The notes below the pieces were generated by a model that was not told the DNA's origin, made no database searches, and saw nothing but the letters and a program-made list of their open reading frames with translations. Shown one piece after another: positions 1 to 15,139 of a stretch of DNA of 64,000 nt (positions are counted from its first letter, which is position 1; every line of letters starts with the position of its first letter). The position numbers and the translations under genes were made by a program. This stretch comes from Neodothiora populina (Eukaryota), in assembly GCF_041146345.1 (NCBI RefSeq), contig NW_027191417.1, positions 1,674,001-1,738,000 on the forward strand, in the 5' to 3' direction.

Positions 1-31
1 TTACTGTGATACGTGACTAAACTTGACACAG

Positions 32-1881
32 GAAAGGCAAGACCGCACCTGTTTTCCACCCAGAGTTTGGCCGCTTCATGCTTGAGACCACTCCCGGCAA
101 GCCATGGGGCATAGAGTTCAGGGATCTCCTTGATGTGGAGAAAGACATGAAATGGAGGTGAGCAAGACTGGCCGCAGATATATTGAGTTCACGTTATTGA
201 TAGCGCTAGACGAGTCATCGCAAAAGAGCATATGGAACCTAGCGAGTTCCCTATTACTCTGACTACATTCCCAAGGCTAGGTCAAAAAGACAGATCGATT
301 ACGCCCGAGTACCCTTTGAACGGCGACAAGCTAAGGTCACAATTCCTTCCGGACGAGATTGCCAACCCTCATATTCGATTTCCCACACTAGCTGCCAACA
401 TCAGGTCACGAAGAGGAAGGAAAGTGGAGATCAATGTGCCTGTTTTCAGAGATGAAAAGACTGTCTGGCCATTCAAGGATCCCACAGTGGACTTTGGCCT
501 GCATCAGTGGCCCGAGGACGATGATGTTCGTAATGGAGCTGTGAAGGACAACCACATTTATATGGATGCCATGGCTTTCGGCATGGGTAGCTGTTGCCTC
601 CAGATAACATTCCAGGCGAAAAACATTGAAGAAGGTCGAAAGATGTATGACCAGCTCAGTCCCATCGGACCCATCATGCTTGCTCTGACCGCTGCAACGC
701 CGATATATAAAGGCTTTCTTGCAGACACAGATGTCAGATGGAACCAGATCAGCAGAGCAGTCGACGATCGAACACCTGAGGAGTTGGGCGAAAAGGTACG
801 CATAGCCATAGTATGGTGCCCCTGGTGGAGATCTCCTACTGACATTTCATAGCCCCTAAAGAACGACCGCTGGCGCATTCCGAAATCAAGATATGCTTCA
901 AACTCCACGTACATATCACAAGACCCTCGTCTGCGAAAGGAGTATCTGGACCCGGATCTTGTCATTGACGAAGACATGAAGCGCAAGCTCATGGACGGCG
1001 GCATGGACGATCGTCTTGCAACGCACTTTGCTCATCTTTTCATCCGCGATCCGATTGTGGTTTTTAATGAAGATCTTGAGCATCTCGATCTCGACAAGGT
1101 AGACCATTTCGAAAACCTTCAGTCCACTAATTGGCAGCACATGCGTTTCAAACCGCCACCTCCAGGAAACGACATTGGCTGGCGTGTGGAGTTCCGACCT
1201 ATGGAGATCCAAATCACTGATTTCGAGAACGCCGCTTTTGCTGTCTTCCTTGTACTCATCACACGAGCCATCCTCAGCTTTGATCTGAACTTTTATATCC
1301 CCATACCGCGCACCACCGAGAATATGGAGACTGCGCACATTCGAGATGCGGTGAACACTCAGAAGTTCTACTTCAGGAAAAACCCTCTGCCACCTAGACA
1401 GCCAAGATCAGGTGGCTCTGGTACATCGACTCCAAACCCCATGAGCCGACCGCAAACGCCACAGCTTTCTGTAGACGACGAATACGAGCTCATGACTGTG
1501 GATGAAATCATCAACGGCCAGAACAATACCAATGGCACGAGTAGTAACGGCACCTCTGGTAGACACGGCGGGTTCCCAGGCCTAATTCCGCTTATCGAAA
1601 GCTACCTGAGCAGCATGAATGTTGACGTTGAGACCCGCTGCGAGATTGCAAAGTATCTTGCACTCATCAGAGGCCGTGCCAATGGGTCCTTGTGGACGGC
1701 ATCCAAGTGGATCAGGCAGTTCGTCCATGACCACCCAGAGTACAAGAAGGACAGTGTAGTGAGCGAGAACGTCAGCTATGATTTGGTGAAAGCAGTCGAG
1801 GAAATCACTGTGAATGAAGGCCGAGACGGCTTAGGACTTGAGATGCTCGGCAAAGCAAGAACACCTTGCAACTCGCCCTGA
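32..1881 (+). CDS. GCS1: Glutamate-cysteine ligase catalytic subunit (gamma-glutamylcysteine synthetase), 5' part outside the window
   Basis: Exons 32-157, 210-795 and 853-1881, with GT-AG introns 158-209 and 796-852. The spliced product contains FHPEFGRFMLETTPG, IYMDAMAFGMGSCCLQITFQ, HFENLQSTNWQHMRFKPPP and GWRVEFRPMEIQITDFENAAF, all typical of eukaryotic GCLC/GSH1. Confidence 0.97.
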
Positions 1882-4800
1882 GTGGCATAGAGGGCCGACA
1901 TTTATTCGCGATTAAAAGCATGCATAACCCTGCGTCCAGCGCTTTCCCCTAGAGTCTTTGTCCGTTAGATTGGTGCTTCATTGCACTTGAAGTACTATAC
2001 CTGGGCGAGGAGAGTATCCATTATTTTCCCTTTACACGTTAGTAGCTACAGCGGTGCCTTCCCACACGAATTGGACATATCTTTCATTTCCGGTGTGGAA
2101 TAATTTTTGTCTCCACGAGCGACTGATCTACTGTATGTCGGTTTACTTTCTTATGAAAGGAACACGCTAACGTCCCATACCTACATACTCGCGCGCGTCT
2201 GCGAAGGTAAGCGCTGGCAGTACCGAGCATCGACTGCAGGATGCAAATCGACACGCATCAACTACACGTGTCAACCCAGTGTTTTGGAATGTGAGGCGTT
2301 GAGGTCCCGGCTCATGCAGTGGTGCGTATGTATAAGCACACCTTAAACCCAGTATCTCGCAGACTGAGCACGGGAAACAGAAAAGCGAAAGTAACGGGGG
2401 TCAGAGGGGTGTTCGCCCCGCATCTCTATTTGGTTTGAAGCTGTCTCGCAAGCAGTCATGCATGCGAGAGTAAGGAGTCTGATGCATGCCATATAGCGCA
2501 CGCTGCAGCCAGCTCTTATATTACTCATAGCAGCAGCAGCAGCAGCATCATCATTTTTCCCTCGGGACAAGGTGTCGGTCAGGAATTTGTAATAAGAACC
2601 ACCGTGGCCAGATTTGCTGGTTTTGTGACAAATCACTGGGTTGTTTGCTCCCTTGTCGCAACTCCCACCTCGCATGGTTTCTGGTCTTCCGACTTTTCTG
2701 CTCCAGTTCTCCGGGTGAGCAGACCTCACATACCTATGTAAGGAGCGGCTATTTGTGACTCATGCATGGTCCTCTATGGCTCGCTTACTGCATTTGATCT
2801 TTCAGACATATGTGATCCATGCCATTACGGTTTATGTCGCAGGACGCAGAATGCAGGTCGCAAAATACGGAGATTTATTTTCCTCTTCATCGTCCTCGCA
2901 AAGATCATCGGGATTGCTATCTTCCGATTACGCTCGGCTGCATACCGTAAACCACGAACACGAGTCTTCAGTAGCTTGTTGCCCTTCAGGAGCCACTGTT
3001 CAGGAGTACACAGTTGTTTTAAGCGGTGTGACAGCAAGCTGTGATGCATACTGAACATGGCTGCTCCATGTTAGAACGCAGCGCTCTCGCAGAGTTGGAG
3101 TTCAGGCCGCCTATGACGAGGTCCGTCTTTCGGTCTCGGCGGTCGCGAGTTGAGTGTATTTCAGTGAGAAGCGGAGGGCGTTACCGCCTCCGTTTGGTGT
3201 TATGGTACCGTCCACTTGGTTAGATTACAGCCGTGGCATACCTGGGTCGTTGGTTTCTCTCGTTAATTCGAGACTTGACAGGCCATTAGTGGTGGTAGCG
3301 CGAAGCGTGGCATGCTTGCATTCCATTTCTATGATTCTACGGCTGTGGCGCTTCCAAGCGAACACAAAGACTACCTAGGTACAGTACCTACTTGTCTACA
3401 CGTCTACACGTGCAAGGGGTACCTTAGATAGTGACTAGTCGTCGAGATACTTGTACAATACCTACTCAGCCCTTGTGCCTTGTCATTATGGCTTTAGCAT
3501 GTGGCAGCAGAGATAAGATTCCGTAGTGCTCCTTCGCGTTGGTGAGGGGGGGCCGACTGCTGCAAGGCACTGTGTCCGTTCAATCTTACCCTTGCCCGAG
3601 ATGAGATCCACACGATGCCCTCGAGAGAGATAAGAAAATAGATGGCAGGAAATAGTGAGGAAGGAGCGCACATGAGATACGAGAGGTGAGCTAAGCGACC
3701 TTCCTCACATATTGGTAGCGTCATCGACTCCGCACATACCTTACCTTACTGTTCGGACGACCTCCGTTGACAAATGATACAGGGTTTGCAGAACCCCATG
3801 TCGGAGCAGGCATAATCGATGTCGTTAAGAAGTCCCATCATCAGCCATCTTTTTCACACATGCTAGAGAGCAGCCAGAGTTCTCGCGAACAGAGTTGCGA
3901 GGTCCCAAAGCCATGGTTCGGAATGACCGCCGTCGCCTGTTGAGAACAGAGTCGCTTCGAGCTGGTGAGACCGAGCTGCCGCGGTGAGGGGTACATTGAA
4001 AGTGGGCGACTGACCCAGCACTCGGAGACCTCGGAAGGCTTTGATTGTCTAGAAAGAAGACATGGGGGACGCCATCCCAGGCTCGCCAGGGTATATGATT
4101 ATCGAACACTGTGTCGACAAAGTGGGAATAATCGGACCAGTAAGCGGGAGGCGCCCGTATATGGTACTCGTACCGCATTAAACAGTAACAAGGCTTGTTT
4201 AAAGCCGGCTTACCATGAACAGCGACGCCATTTTGGATCTCATTCGCCACGCGCGAAGGCATGGATGGGATCGCTGGCTTCCTCGTGCTGCCTGCGAGTC
4301 GCTGCCTGCCGTTAACCGTCCGTCGTGACCCTGACGTCTGCCGATGCCCAAGGGATCCTTTATGCAACCCATGAGTACGGAGTACCTTGCACAACTCGTG
4401 ATTCTCCGATTACATGACCAGTTCCACTTCAATTTGCTTTGACACCACGCACTAGATGTACGTCAACTGTACACCTTCGATTCGTGATGAGCAATAGCGT
4501 CTAGCGCAAGCTGCCGTGAAACTCTCTGTGTTTAACGTTCGAGTCACGATCATCTTACTTCGACTTTGACTTTGACAACTTCTATAAGCACAGTGAAGCT
4601 TAAATCGAGATATGAACGCGAGATTTAAGATTCATGGTAAATAGTGCTGCCCACATTTCTTCCCTTAAAAGTGCAACATCGGTGCCAATCGAGCTAAGCA
4701 TCAAGATCATACAGAGATTACGAGATCTGAGACTACTGCACGCGCGAAGCCGTTCACAATACGGCAGTTGTTTATTTCCTTGTCTCGCGTTCATTCGCTG

Positions 4801-6520
4801 AGTGTCCCACACACCCTCCTCGATGCTTCTGCGCTTCATTTCTATCGATCTGCGATGGATTCATTAATGATTGGCCGACGACCAGGCAAGCTTTGACGAG
4901 GTGCTACCACAGATTGGTGCGTCCGCTCATATTCCTTCTTCATCTATTCGAACAAAGGAAAAAAATTCCCCGGTCCGGATGGTGGTTCACTTGATCTGAG
5001 TGCGGATGTGTATCCGGGTGGGTAAGATTAGAGTTACACTTTTGATTGGCTTCATATATCATAATAGCAATAAAAAGTTGTGGATTCTGCGGTCGTAAGA
5101 TCGGTTGCCTTTGGAGGCACCACATTCTGGTGCTTGTCTTGGGGTTTTCTTGGGAGGAAGGCAATGGTCGTAACTCGGTCGATATGATGAAATTCGTGGC
5201 TTGCGAATATCAAAGACACAGGACAGGTACTGTAGGTAAGCAAAAGCTCGGGTTTTCGCGTTCGGCTCGTCTGGAGGGCGGAAGAAGGCAGACCCCCTCC
5301 CAAACACCTATGACAAGTGGATCGTTTCGAACCAGCACACGAGCAAGCATGCAGCAATCCCGTTGGACTATAAGCGCACATCCGATAATGATAGCAATAC
5401 TCAAAATGGCGAATGAAGAAACAGCAGCAGCTGGCTCCGGTAATAAAATAGGCAATGATTGGAAACACAACCACGCGGCTTATAGCGGAGTATTGTATAT
5501 GCATACGCTTCTGCGTTTATTTTTTTTTATTATAGTCCTTCACGTGCGTGAAGCATTTGTCGGCAGTTGCGTGGATTATTAACGACAGCTAAGATATGCA
5601 CCGGCAACGATTGCCTTCGAAGTGAGCACAAGGGGGTTTTCCATTTGACGGCTGTCACTTCCGTTTCGAGGGAAAGAGGGGTGGCGGGATTAGATTAATT
5701 CATGCAAGCTCTGACGAGTTGAGAAGCTGGCTGGGCAAGAGTGGCCATGCAGACCACTATGCCTGCTCCATTCCCAAATGGTAGACCCGCAGCTCTGGGT
5801 CTGAATGAATTGCTGGCAAGTATCATGCGCCCAGTGATAATCATTGTGAAGGTGTGCGATTCAACAAGCAGAGCCGGAAGACGAGTGTGGTGTCGTTGGT
5901 AAGTATGATTTTAGAGCTGAACATTTTCGTCGGAAGCAAGCAGATGAAGCAGGACCACACTGGTCAAGGTTTTTGGGTGTCATCATTCACTATGCTAATA
6001 AAAAGTCAAGCCGACGCGTGTCCGAAGATCGCATGTTCGATTCATGGGAACGGTAAACCAAAGAACATATCCTGCTAGAAATCTCAGGCCTCCAATCGTC
6101 CAGGCCCGTCGAATGTAAACCCACTGTCCGTAACGCCAAGTTCTTTCTCCCAAATGCAAGGTATCGTCGTTGAAAAGGGCGCAGCCTAAAAGCTGGCCAT
6201 GATGCGTGTATAGTTCCGTGCCCCATCATAAAAACGCAATGAAATGTCAAAGGTCTAATAACCCCACGCTCGCTAATGTCGCTTGATGAGAGCCTCTAAA
6301 AAGGCCTTTTGAGGAAGGATTTCCGTGGCCTCTAATAAGACCAGACACGCTTATTTTGACTCCGTAAAATGTGTGCTGATTGTCGAATGAGGTTTGTACA
6401 AAGATCAGGCCAGCAGTAAATAATCTGATGCTGATCTTGCCGCTCGCCGGGGTTGTTGGCAGAGGCATGTATCGATTTTGCCCAACGACTTATGGACTCT
6501 AAGTAAGTGGGCTAGATGAT

Positions 6521-8117
6521 TTAATTGCTCGCGTCTGGTTGTTCCGAAGAGCCAGCTTTGGGGCGCAAGCTAGAGCCACCCATGGCAGCCTTCTGGGTGC
6601 CTTGTTTCCTGGTCAGCTTTGCGTAATCTGACGATTGTTAGTCATGCTCGTTAATTGATCCGTCGTGAAGGGAGTAGCTTACGAAGACCGCACGCGTTGC
6701 AAAGTGTTCTGGCACCATCTGGGCCTCTTCTCCATTCGGGTGTTTCCGCACGTTGACAACTGTGACAGCGACCGGGAGGAGCAGCACGACCTCTGCGTTT
6801 CTTGGCTTCGGGGCCAGCGAATCCGCCGAGCTTTGACTCGTCATGCACGGAGTCACGCTTGCTTTCATCCTGGGACTTGTACTGATGCTGCTCCTGGGCA
6901 TAGCAATACGCAGCCTCCTGGGCTACAACGGTCTCGCGCATACGGCCGAGACAATCAAGCGTGTTGCGAGATCTTGCCATCATATCGTCAATCTCGTGTA
7001 GACTAGGTAGAGTACCGGCGATTGGACCCGATCTTTGAGCTTGGTGCATCTTGGCTCCCAGTTGTCTGCTGAAATCAAGTGTTCGACTGCTGCCATCGGC
7101 AATTTCGTTTAGAGCAGCCTCAAAGTCGTACATGTCTAGATGGCGCTTCACAGACTCGCCATACACGCGATCAGGGTCGGCCAAGTTCGGTCGAGTTGTG
7201 ATAGGGTGCGCAGGAGCAGGTTGTGATACTGATGGCTGGTATATAGATCCCGATGAAGGCGCGGCATATGGGGCAGTATAGGCTGGACGATGTTGTTGAT
7301 AGCTGGAGTAGCCAAAAGAGAAGGGTGCTGGGGCCGACGGCGGGGGAGGGGGCGGCATCGACAAGGCATGTTGCGATGTGCGCTCAGCGGCAGGAGAAGG
7401 ATCGGCAGCTTGAAAGGGCTGAGGGTAGGAGTTAGGTAGGGGCACAGGTGAATATTCATTGCGCGAAGCCGTCACTACTGGCGGAGGAGGTGCAGCCATG
7501 TAGGGCGGGCGAACTCTCTCGAAGTGATCTTGTGCGGTTCGTGGGCTGACTTCCGGAGGATACTGAGGATTAGGGCTGCGACGGGCAGCTGAGTACGAAG
7601 AGGCATGGGAAGCAGGATGGGCAGGTAGAGGCGGAGGTTCCATGGCAAAAGATTTCCGCGAGATAGGCGGCGAAGGCGGCGCGGGCGCCGCATAGGCTTG
7701 CTGAGGCGCGGAAGAGTACGAAGGTTGTGATGGGAAAGAACGTGGTTGCTCCACACCAAGGGCCTCGTGTATTGACGGCAATGACTGTTTGGCATGGACA
7801 TCGTCGCCAGACGATCTACGTGCATCCGGTGGAGTGTGTGGAGCACTATGAGAGTTCTGAGAGGTAGGGTGGCTGTAAGGCGGTGGAGGACCAGTCGGAT
7901 ATTGGTAAGATGGACTCGGGACCGTCGACGATGGCGTGGCAGTGACGGGTGTCATATTCGTGTTTCGACTCTGGTAGTCGTGTTCCTCTCGCTTCAATTT
8001 ATCAAAATCGAAATGTTTCAATGGGGGCAAAGAAGCCCTGTGCACTGTGGTCAGGCGAATATTGGATGGTGAGGAAAATGCAACAATTGCCTACCTATGT
8101 TGGTCGGCGGTATCCAT
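6521..8117 (-). CDS. nsdD: GATA zinc-finger transcription factor, NsdD/SUB-1/Pro44 type
   Basis: Exons 8117-8095 (MDTADQHR), 8037-6683 and 6627-6521, with introns 8094-8038 and 6682-6628. The C-terminal finger is CHSCQRAETPEWRRGPDGARTLCNACGL|HYAKL (C-X2-C-X18-C-X2-C). LPSIHEAL and YGESVKRHLD motifs match the NsdD family. Confidence 0.92.
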
Positions 8118-11100
8118 AGGTATGAAAGAACCAATTCCAGTGGCCGTGACGTGAGAGTTTTCAGTGTTTTGGTAATCAGACAGCACCACAGACACCGTAC
8201 TGTTGCTACCTAGAAGTAACGAGAATTGGGGGCCAGATTTGACACTTGGAAGTGCTTTCGGACTTTGAGTATAGCGCTATGATGCAGTCGCGAAGAGATC
8301 ACGAGTCATCACAAGCACGCTCGAGTTTTCCCGATATGTCAAGATAGGAAGGCTGTAGATTTGTGACGAGTCAATTCGGCTCTTCGGAAAAGAGAGTGAT
8401 AAAAAGTGAGTGGGTTTCGAAGGGCCGCAGGCGAATCGTAACAATGTGAAATGCAACTGCGGAACAAAGTTCTGCGAGGGAGAGAGAATGATTGATGCAG
8501 ATGCGGAGGATGACAAGCCAGGATGTACTCGTACAGTGCAGAGCAATGCAAGTGCAGTTGGCTCGAGTGGTAGCGTGTACACAGCAAGGTACTTACAGCA
8601 GGCTGAGCGATCACGATGAACGGGAAAACGATCACGTTTAAGCGTCCAGGTAGTAGGTCGAGTAAGGCCCGGGCAAGGGTACCGACCGCAAGCCAGAGTT
8701 CCAAAGTAGAGTACTAGGTGAGTAGTGTCCGCACAGGCAATAATGCAAGAATGCGACAGGCCGAGTGGATCAACCAGGAGGACAGGGATTGACAGACGGT
8801 TGGCGTCAACTATATCGTGCGCGGACCTGGTCGGGGTCCAAACCAGCATACAGGAGGATCTTAGGTGACCAGATGGTAAAGAAAAAAAGGGCTTCCGGTG
8901 CTAATGTATGAAGCACGACGGTACATAGATTGGCCTGTGAACGTTTTTAGTGTTGGAAGGCAAAAGTTGCCGGATGTCTCTCGCTTGCCTCTGTATGATG
9001 CACCAGCGGCCGTGTAAAACACGTTCTTCATTTGGTATCTGAGTATCTTAGATCATTACTCCACCATCGACACCCAATCGGCTCCGCCAGGCCACCAGCG
9101 AACCTTAGTCGTACATGCGACCCGTTCGAGTCAAGAGCACGATTGCGATCTTGGATCTGCTCAATTTTCCGTACAGTTCTATACAGGTGTCGCGCTTATC
9201 TTGCTACTTTCTTCCGAATTGCCGGTCATGCTCCCCTTCATATACTTCGTATACATTCGTTGGTCAACATCTGGCAACCGAATTTACTAAGGTTTGTCAT
9301 GAGAAAAGGACAATGGGCCGCAACCGCCGTTGCGTGCCACTGCAGGGTCAATCTTGCCAATTCCGCGTCCACTTGTGTTGGCTTGCTACGCTCGCTATCT
9401 CCAAACGTGCTAGTGCGAGATCGGTGATCTGATCTAGCGGCAACGCTGACGTCCTCTTCGACGAAAGCGGGCCTCTCAATGGACGGATCACGCCGTTCCG
9501 TAGCTAGGCGGAGCGGAGCATCGCATGGACGAGAGCGCATCGCTGTCCGATCGAGCCCATCTAACACTGCTTTACCCGTGCATGCAGCTGCCAGATGGCG
9601 TCCCTAATAAAATGGGGCTTGTGTGGCAGCTGGGCGTTCTCTACCAATGACGAGGTAGCAGACCCCGCTAGACTGGCACTTGAGGTAGATTTCATCACAA
9701 GATCGTCGGCAATTCGTTGCAGTTGCCGCAACCATTGTGCACATCTACGCTCCTGAGGGAAGGACGTTATTCCTTTCAAGTGCAACGTTGCACATAATGC
9801 TCATGCAAGCGCTTTGCGTTCGATTCTCGACATGGTTTCAGGTCGACAGCCACCCGAGGTTTCTCCAAGTATATCCTTCTTCCCGTTTCGAGTCATTCGG
9901 ACGGACCGCTTTCTAGTAAACGCCATCCCTTGACAGAACCCGGGTGCTAATGCTGTGGTAGGATTACCAGTGCTCATGAAGCCACAGCGACATGTCAGTC
10001 CAATAGTGGTCAAGCGTGAATCGGTCCCACGTGCTTACAGCACGCTCCTAGCTCTCGTCAAGGCTCAATCAGCTCGGTCGCTACCTTTTCCCATTTGTCT
10101 TCTTCCGCAATCCGTCCCTGGTGCCCATACTCTACACTATGTCGTAAATCCGAAGATGTAACACGGGCGAAGTCCCCGTGCCTCCATGATAGGTGTCGTC
10201 ACGCCACCTATAGCACTCGCTGCAGATTCCAGTTGCTTTCTGGAAGCTGGCCTGTGGCATAGTTAAGACCAAATCACCTCGAGCGATGCTGCTTCATAAA
10301 CTCTATAAGCACGATCCAGATCTCCGTACCGCAGACCACACGTGTGGGGCGTGGGGCCTGCTTGCAGCATTCCACCTCTTCTCGACACAATCTACACGAT
10401 TTTGAGTGTTTCCGTGCTCGATACAAGTTCAATGATCAATTTTAAACATGATCAAATGGTGATCCTAACCTCTCGTTCCGCGATACTCACTACCAGTGCA
10501 CTTGATACTGGTCCATCTTGTGTCGAGGTATCATCGCAGTGTCTGAACGCATTTCAATGCAATGGCAGCAACAAACCTTCCTCGCAAAACTTTACGCACA
10601 ATTGCCCTTGTCGCTCAATTGTCCTGACCTGCTTTCGAGAGCCCGGAGGCAATACCGCCCTCTTCTGCATTGCGTAGAGTTTCCTTCTCCTTGATGATGC
10701 TCCGCCTGTCGTGGGACATGTTAAGCGCGTTGCAGTAGTTCCACGAATACGACGTCTGTGAACGTTTCGAAACTCTCGCATTTCGTTTCTGTATTTCCAT
10801 AGATGAACTAGCCACGCAGGCAAATGTCTCACCTCTCCGTGTACTTCTATCGTACTCGGCTAGAGTATCCAGACTCTTCCTGCCACCAACTACTTCATCG
10901 CTGAGACATGTAAACTAGTCGTTGAGTCCCCTGGACTCTAGCATGTTACAGCGGTATGGGAGACGATAGTAGCGAATACAAGAGAACCTACGTCCAGGGT
11001 GTGTGCTCGCCACCATATGGTTTACGCCACGTTCTTGCTTATTTACCTATACAGTACGTACTCGAAACTTTGATCTCTCAGGGTTTTATTGTCTCGCAAC

Positions 11101-14100
11101 GGTCGTCTTCCTCCAGATTTCGAACCCCGATCGCAATAGCGATTCGATTCAGCCACTGCCGCAAACCGTATCGGACATTTTCATGCATGTGGAAGGACAG
11201 TCTAATAGTCCATGGACTGTGTGTTCCTTGCCAACCTATTGTTAATGACCTCGGCATCTCTCTTCCAGCGAGATCCACACCTTCGCCGTGTCGATGTGAC
11301 CCATACATCGTCCCTCGCTTAGAATAGGGACATGCTTGCGAGCTGCTGCGATCTACCAGGTCGGAATCTCGCGGTCGACATGTGTGTCAGAGAAAAGTAT
11401 CTCACCAGATCACTGCTATGATCCGGGGTCACCACTCACGATCACCAAGGTACACGTTCTACGATCGGGCGAGATCAAAATGATCTGAGATCTGTTCCTT
11501 CCCAAAGTACAAAAATACCCTGTTTATACCACTCATGGTGACACTGCCGCAGCTGACTATCGGTGAAGAAGAAGAGTGTCTGTGGCTCTTCTAGTACCGT
11601 ACTGTACATCTCGACTGTGTTACTTTGAGCGTCGACGTTTCATATCTTCACTATCGTCTTGCCGTTAACCTTACTTGTACTTTGCACGCGTATCCTTTTC
11701 CCCTACGCTGTACCCCCTGGTCGCACATTGCGATTGCCGGCGATCCCGTGATGGCTGCATCATCTAACTAAGCCAGAGGGGGCGAGATTACCTTTCTGCA
11801 CCCTTTGCGGGGCTTCATGATTGGGGCCACGGGCGTCTGTGTCAGCAGTACACCCAGGATCACGCTTGGAGTCTTTGCCCCATCTTCCATCTAGAAAGTC
11901 CGGTGTCAAGCACGGATGGCTCAGGCCCACACCTTGACGCTGCAGACGAATACTACAAACATGGCACGAGTGGTGAGCTGATCAAAGAAGCATGGGATCT
12001 TGAATCTCATTGATCCACGCTTTGCTGAAATCATGGTCCACAAATGTTAAGACGACGCCCGGTCGCAGTGCTAATGAATGGAACCTGATTCACTGCGATG
12101 TCGCTCATGCTTTTTTTAATCTATGATCTTTTGGTCTACATTCATGTGAGCACCGACGACGGCCTCCGCGTGTCCAATAAGTCCCCCCACGGATTTTCCT
12201 TGCAACCAGTCTGCTCGTCTTCCATGAACAAAGTAGTGGACAGGCAAAACGGCTGTGACAGACCTCTTACTCGAGCCCGCGGGCGGTTGTTTTCCTGTTC
12301 GCTTCTTTAGGCACTGGAGATACCAAGACGGGCAAGGATCACCGCACAACCCGACTCATTTGCTTTTTCCCATTATCACGTCTATTCCCGCGAGTCGTGC
12401 GCTAGTTGTTTGATGGTAATGTGACGTACGTGAAGATGGATAAACAAGAGACAAAAAGAAAGCTAGAATCGACAGTACAATTATATGCGGGATTCAACGT
12501 GGCCACACGATTCAGGGCGTTTCTTGGGTGTGGAAAAAGCACGAATACAGAACCTGGTCATGGTCTCCAAAATGCCTTGTGATAAGCACAAAGGCCAGAG
12601 ACAGCGCTTTCCGCTAATCTCGGACCGCCATTGGGTTCAGGTACAGCACACTTGGGCATCTGCAACGGAGATCCGTGCTTGCGAGCCATACATAAGGTAT
12701 ACACGCCAAAGGAAAATGCAACAGACCCTGAGAAGGACGACTTCCACATGTGAGACCAAGAGATGTCAGATCTGCCTAGAACGGAAATGCATGAATCCGC
12801 CATGTGAGCCGTGCTCACGCTTATGAACAGGCTTGCGCTGCCAATCCTCCCTGCCTTTTGGACTGCGAGGACGTGGCAAGCTGTGGAACTTGCTGAAAGA
12901 ACAAGTCGAATGATCTGTCCTCTGGTGCCTCGGTACTATGGACCGTATCGAGGTGCTACAGTATTCCTCAAAACAGCTGTCTCGCCTTCCAATGGGGCAA
13001 CAGCGAAAGAAGATTATTAGAGGGAGCACGAAGGGGTCCGGTCGGTTGACAGCAGCCGATATGGGCCGAGCCCCACTGCCATACTGTATCGAACAGACAT
13101 CATCGTCATGGTGCTTTTACACATGGGCTCATTGTTTAACGCTGACGAGTACAAGACAACAGTAGTCATTGCCAACAAGACATGTGACAGCCAATTCACC
13201 CTCGACATTGTTCTGCTTGTTCCAGTCTGCTGATGGTGATCCCTTCCAGTATGGCAATTCCCTGAGACACGCACTACCGCGAACGGCCTCGACGCCACAT
13301 TCCCATCCGCTGGACCCTTTTTCGGCTTTCCTCCACGAGCTAGTGAGAGCGTTTGTCAATTGGCCACATGCCACCAGTGCCGTTTCATTTTATTTCCCGA
13401 GAACTAGAAATAATAAAGGAAAGGGTGCTTGTAGAAGCACAGAAAGCCGGCCTCATCGGTATGACGGGAATGACTCGCGAATCACAGGCCGTGTCTGACT
13501 ATACAGGTACCAAGTACTCAGATCGCTGATCATGGTTGATCTGGGTGTCTCGAAGAGGTGAGTTGGTGGGCGAGAGCGAGAAAGAAGAAAAAGGGGAGCA
13601 AGAGAGTCATGCCGTCGCAACATCTAGATGGCACGATTCGAATCGGAACGACAATCAGAGTGGAGTTCGTACCGTCGTACGTGAAGCGCGGAACTGGATC
13701 TGATCGGCAAGACGGACTTGCGATCATCTGTCTGTTCCTGTGCTTACGTAGGCCTTGTTTGTCCTGTGTTCATTCGCAAGTCGGTACGGAGTACTGTTTC
13801 CTATCAGCTGAGCCAACTACTGTGCTGTAAGTGCAGTTGATTACAAACAACGGGAAACTGAAGAGAGATTGGAGCGCGAGAAGAGATTGTTTCGCCAAAT
13901 GTGCAACTCGAGTCGACGATACAACTGAAATGCGCTGCTGGCGCGGCACTGTCGTTATCCACTCTCGCTGGCGAAACGTCGAACTGTAGATCTCGTGGGA
14001 AAAAGAAGGTCAGCCACGACTTTGCGTTGCAAGGAAGACTTCCTCTTGGCGGCATCATTGCTTACACCTCTTCATATCGCTGCTACTATGACAGAGTGTT

Positions 14101-15097
14101 GATCGCAATTCTCTGCGTTGGGAAGTGTAGATGATGTACTATATTATACCTTTGTGGGGCTTACGTGAAGAGAAGAGACAGAAGAGAGGGTTACCGTGTT
14201 ACCAGATCTAAACATCACGATTCCAAGAGGCACAGTAGGCTACGGTATGAGATAGAGTAGCCACCCAAAGTCCTTTGTCCCAGCAGCCTAGATGAAAGGG
14301 AAAGGGGAAGTGGGGAGCTTTAGCATTTGCGATCTGAACCCTCATAACACACGTCGCCATACCGCGCCATCTGTACAATGCCCTCTGTACAACAGAAACC
14401 GAGAAACATCTTTCTGCCATTTAAGCGAAACCCGGGAACGGGGCGCACGCCGTAAGACAATAGTATGCCAAAGTTTTGTGTGCCTCCCAAATGTACCTTA
14501 CTGCAAGTCCATCACCCCTTTCTTCATCCTGATCATGAAAGCAAGGTAAGGTAAGTAGGCCTATCTCTCTCTCGATCAATTGGTCGGCGTAACATGATTT
14601 CTCCGAACTCTGTAGTCTGCATGACTGATCCTACTAGTTCCGCCTATTCTTTCACGCATATTAAAACCAACGTACAGTATATACCTTACCTTATTCCTGT
14701 CTTGCAGCTAAGGCAAGGTATATGCGCCGCCCAACCCACAGCGATGACGCGTGAGGCACTGGCTTCTTTCCTCCTGTCGGGGTTATGTGGTTCAACTGCT
14801 TCCAATACATGGACGTTTGGTGGAGACGGCTGCTGCACCACGCCACAGGGTGAGGTTTTTCGAGGGTTGCATCTAGGGGGGAATAACGATGAGAGGGAAT
14901 AACTACTGTACTGCACTGCACTGGTCTACCCGTTGTGGTGGCGCGGACGAGGACCCCTTGGTCCTCGCGTTGTCTTGCCTGCTATCGCCATTTGAGCTAC
15001 TGTATGTACTTGTACGGTATGTGGGCGATGGCGGGAAGTTCTTCGCGTGGGATGAAGGATGGCATGGCATGGCGTTCGAGTGCAGAATTAACCTCTG

Positions 15098-15139
15098 CCT
15101 ACCTAGCTACCTACCTATCTACCTACCTACCTACCTACC
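15098..15139. repeat. (CTAC)n tetranucleotide microsatellite, slightly degenerate
   Basis: cctacctagctacctacctatctacctacctacctacctacc read directly from the sequence. Confidence 0.9.

Noticed and set aside
1882..6520. Short ORFs (60-190 aa) between GCS1 and nsdD, and in 8.2-16.4 kb
   Set aside because: No recognisable motifs, Cys/Arg/Ser-rich random composition, many non-ATG starts and no consistent exon chains.
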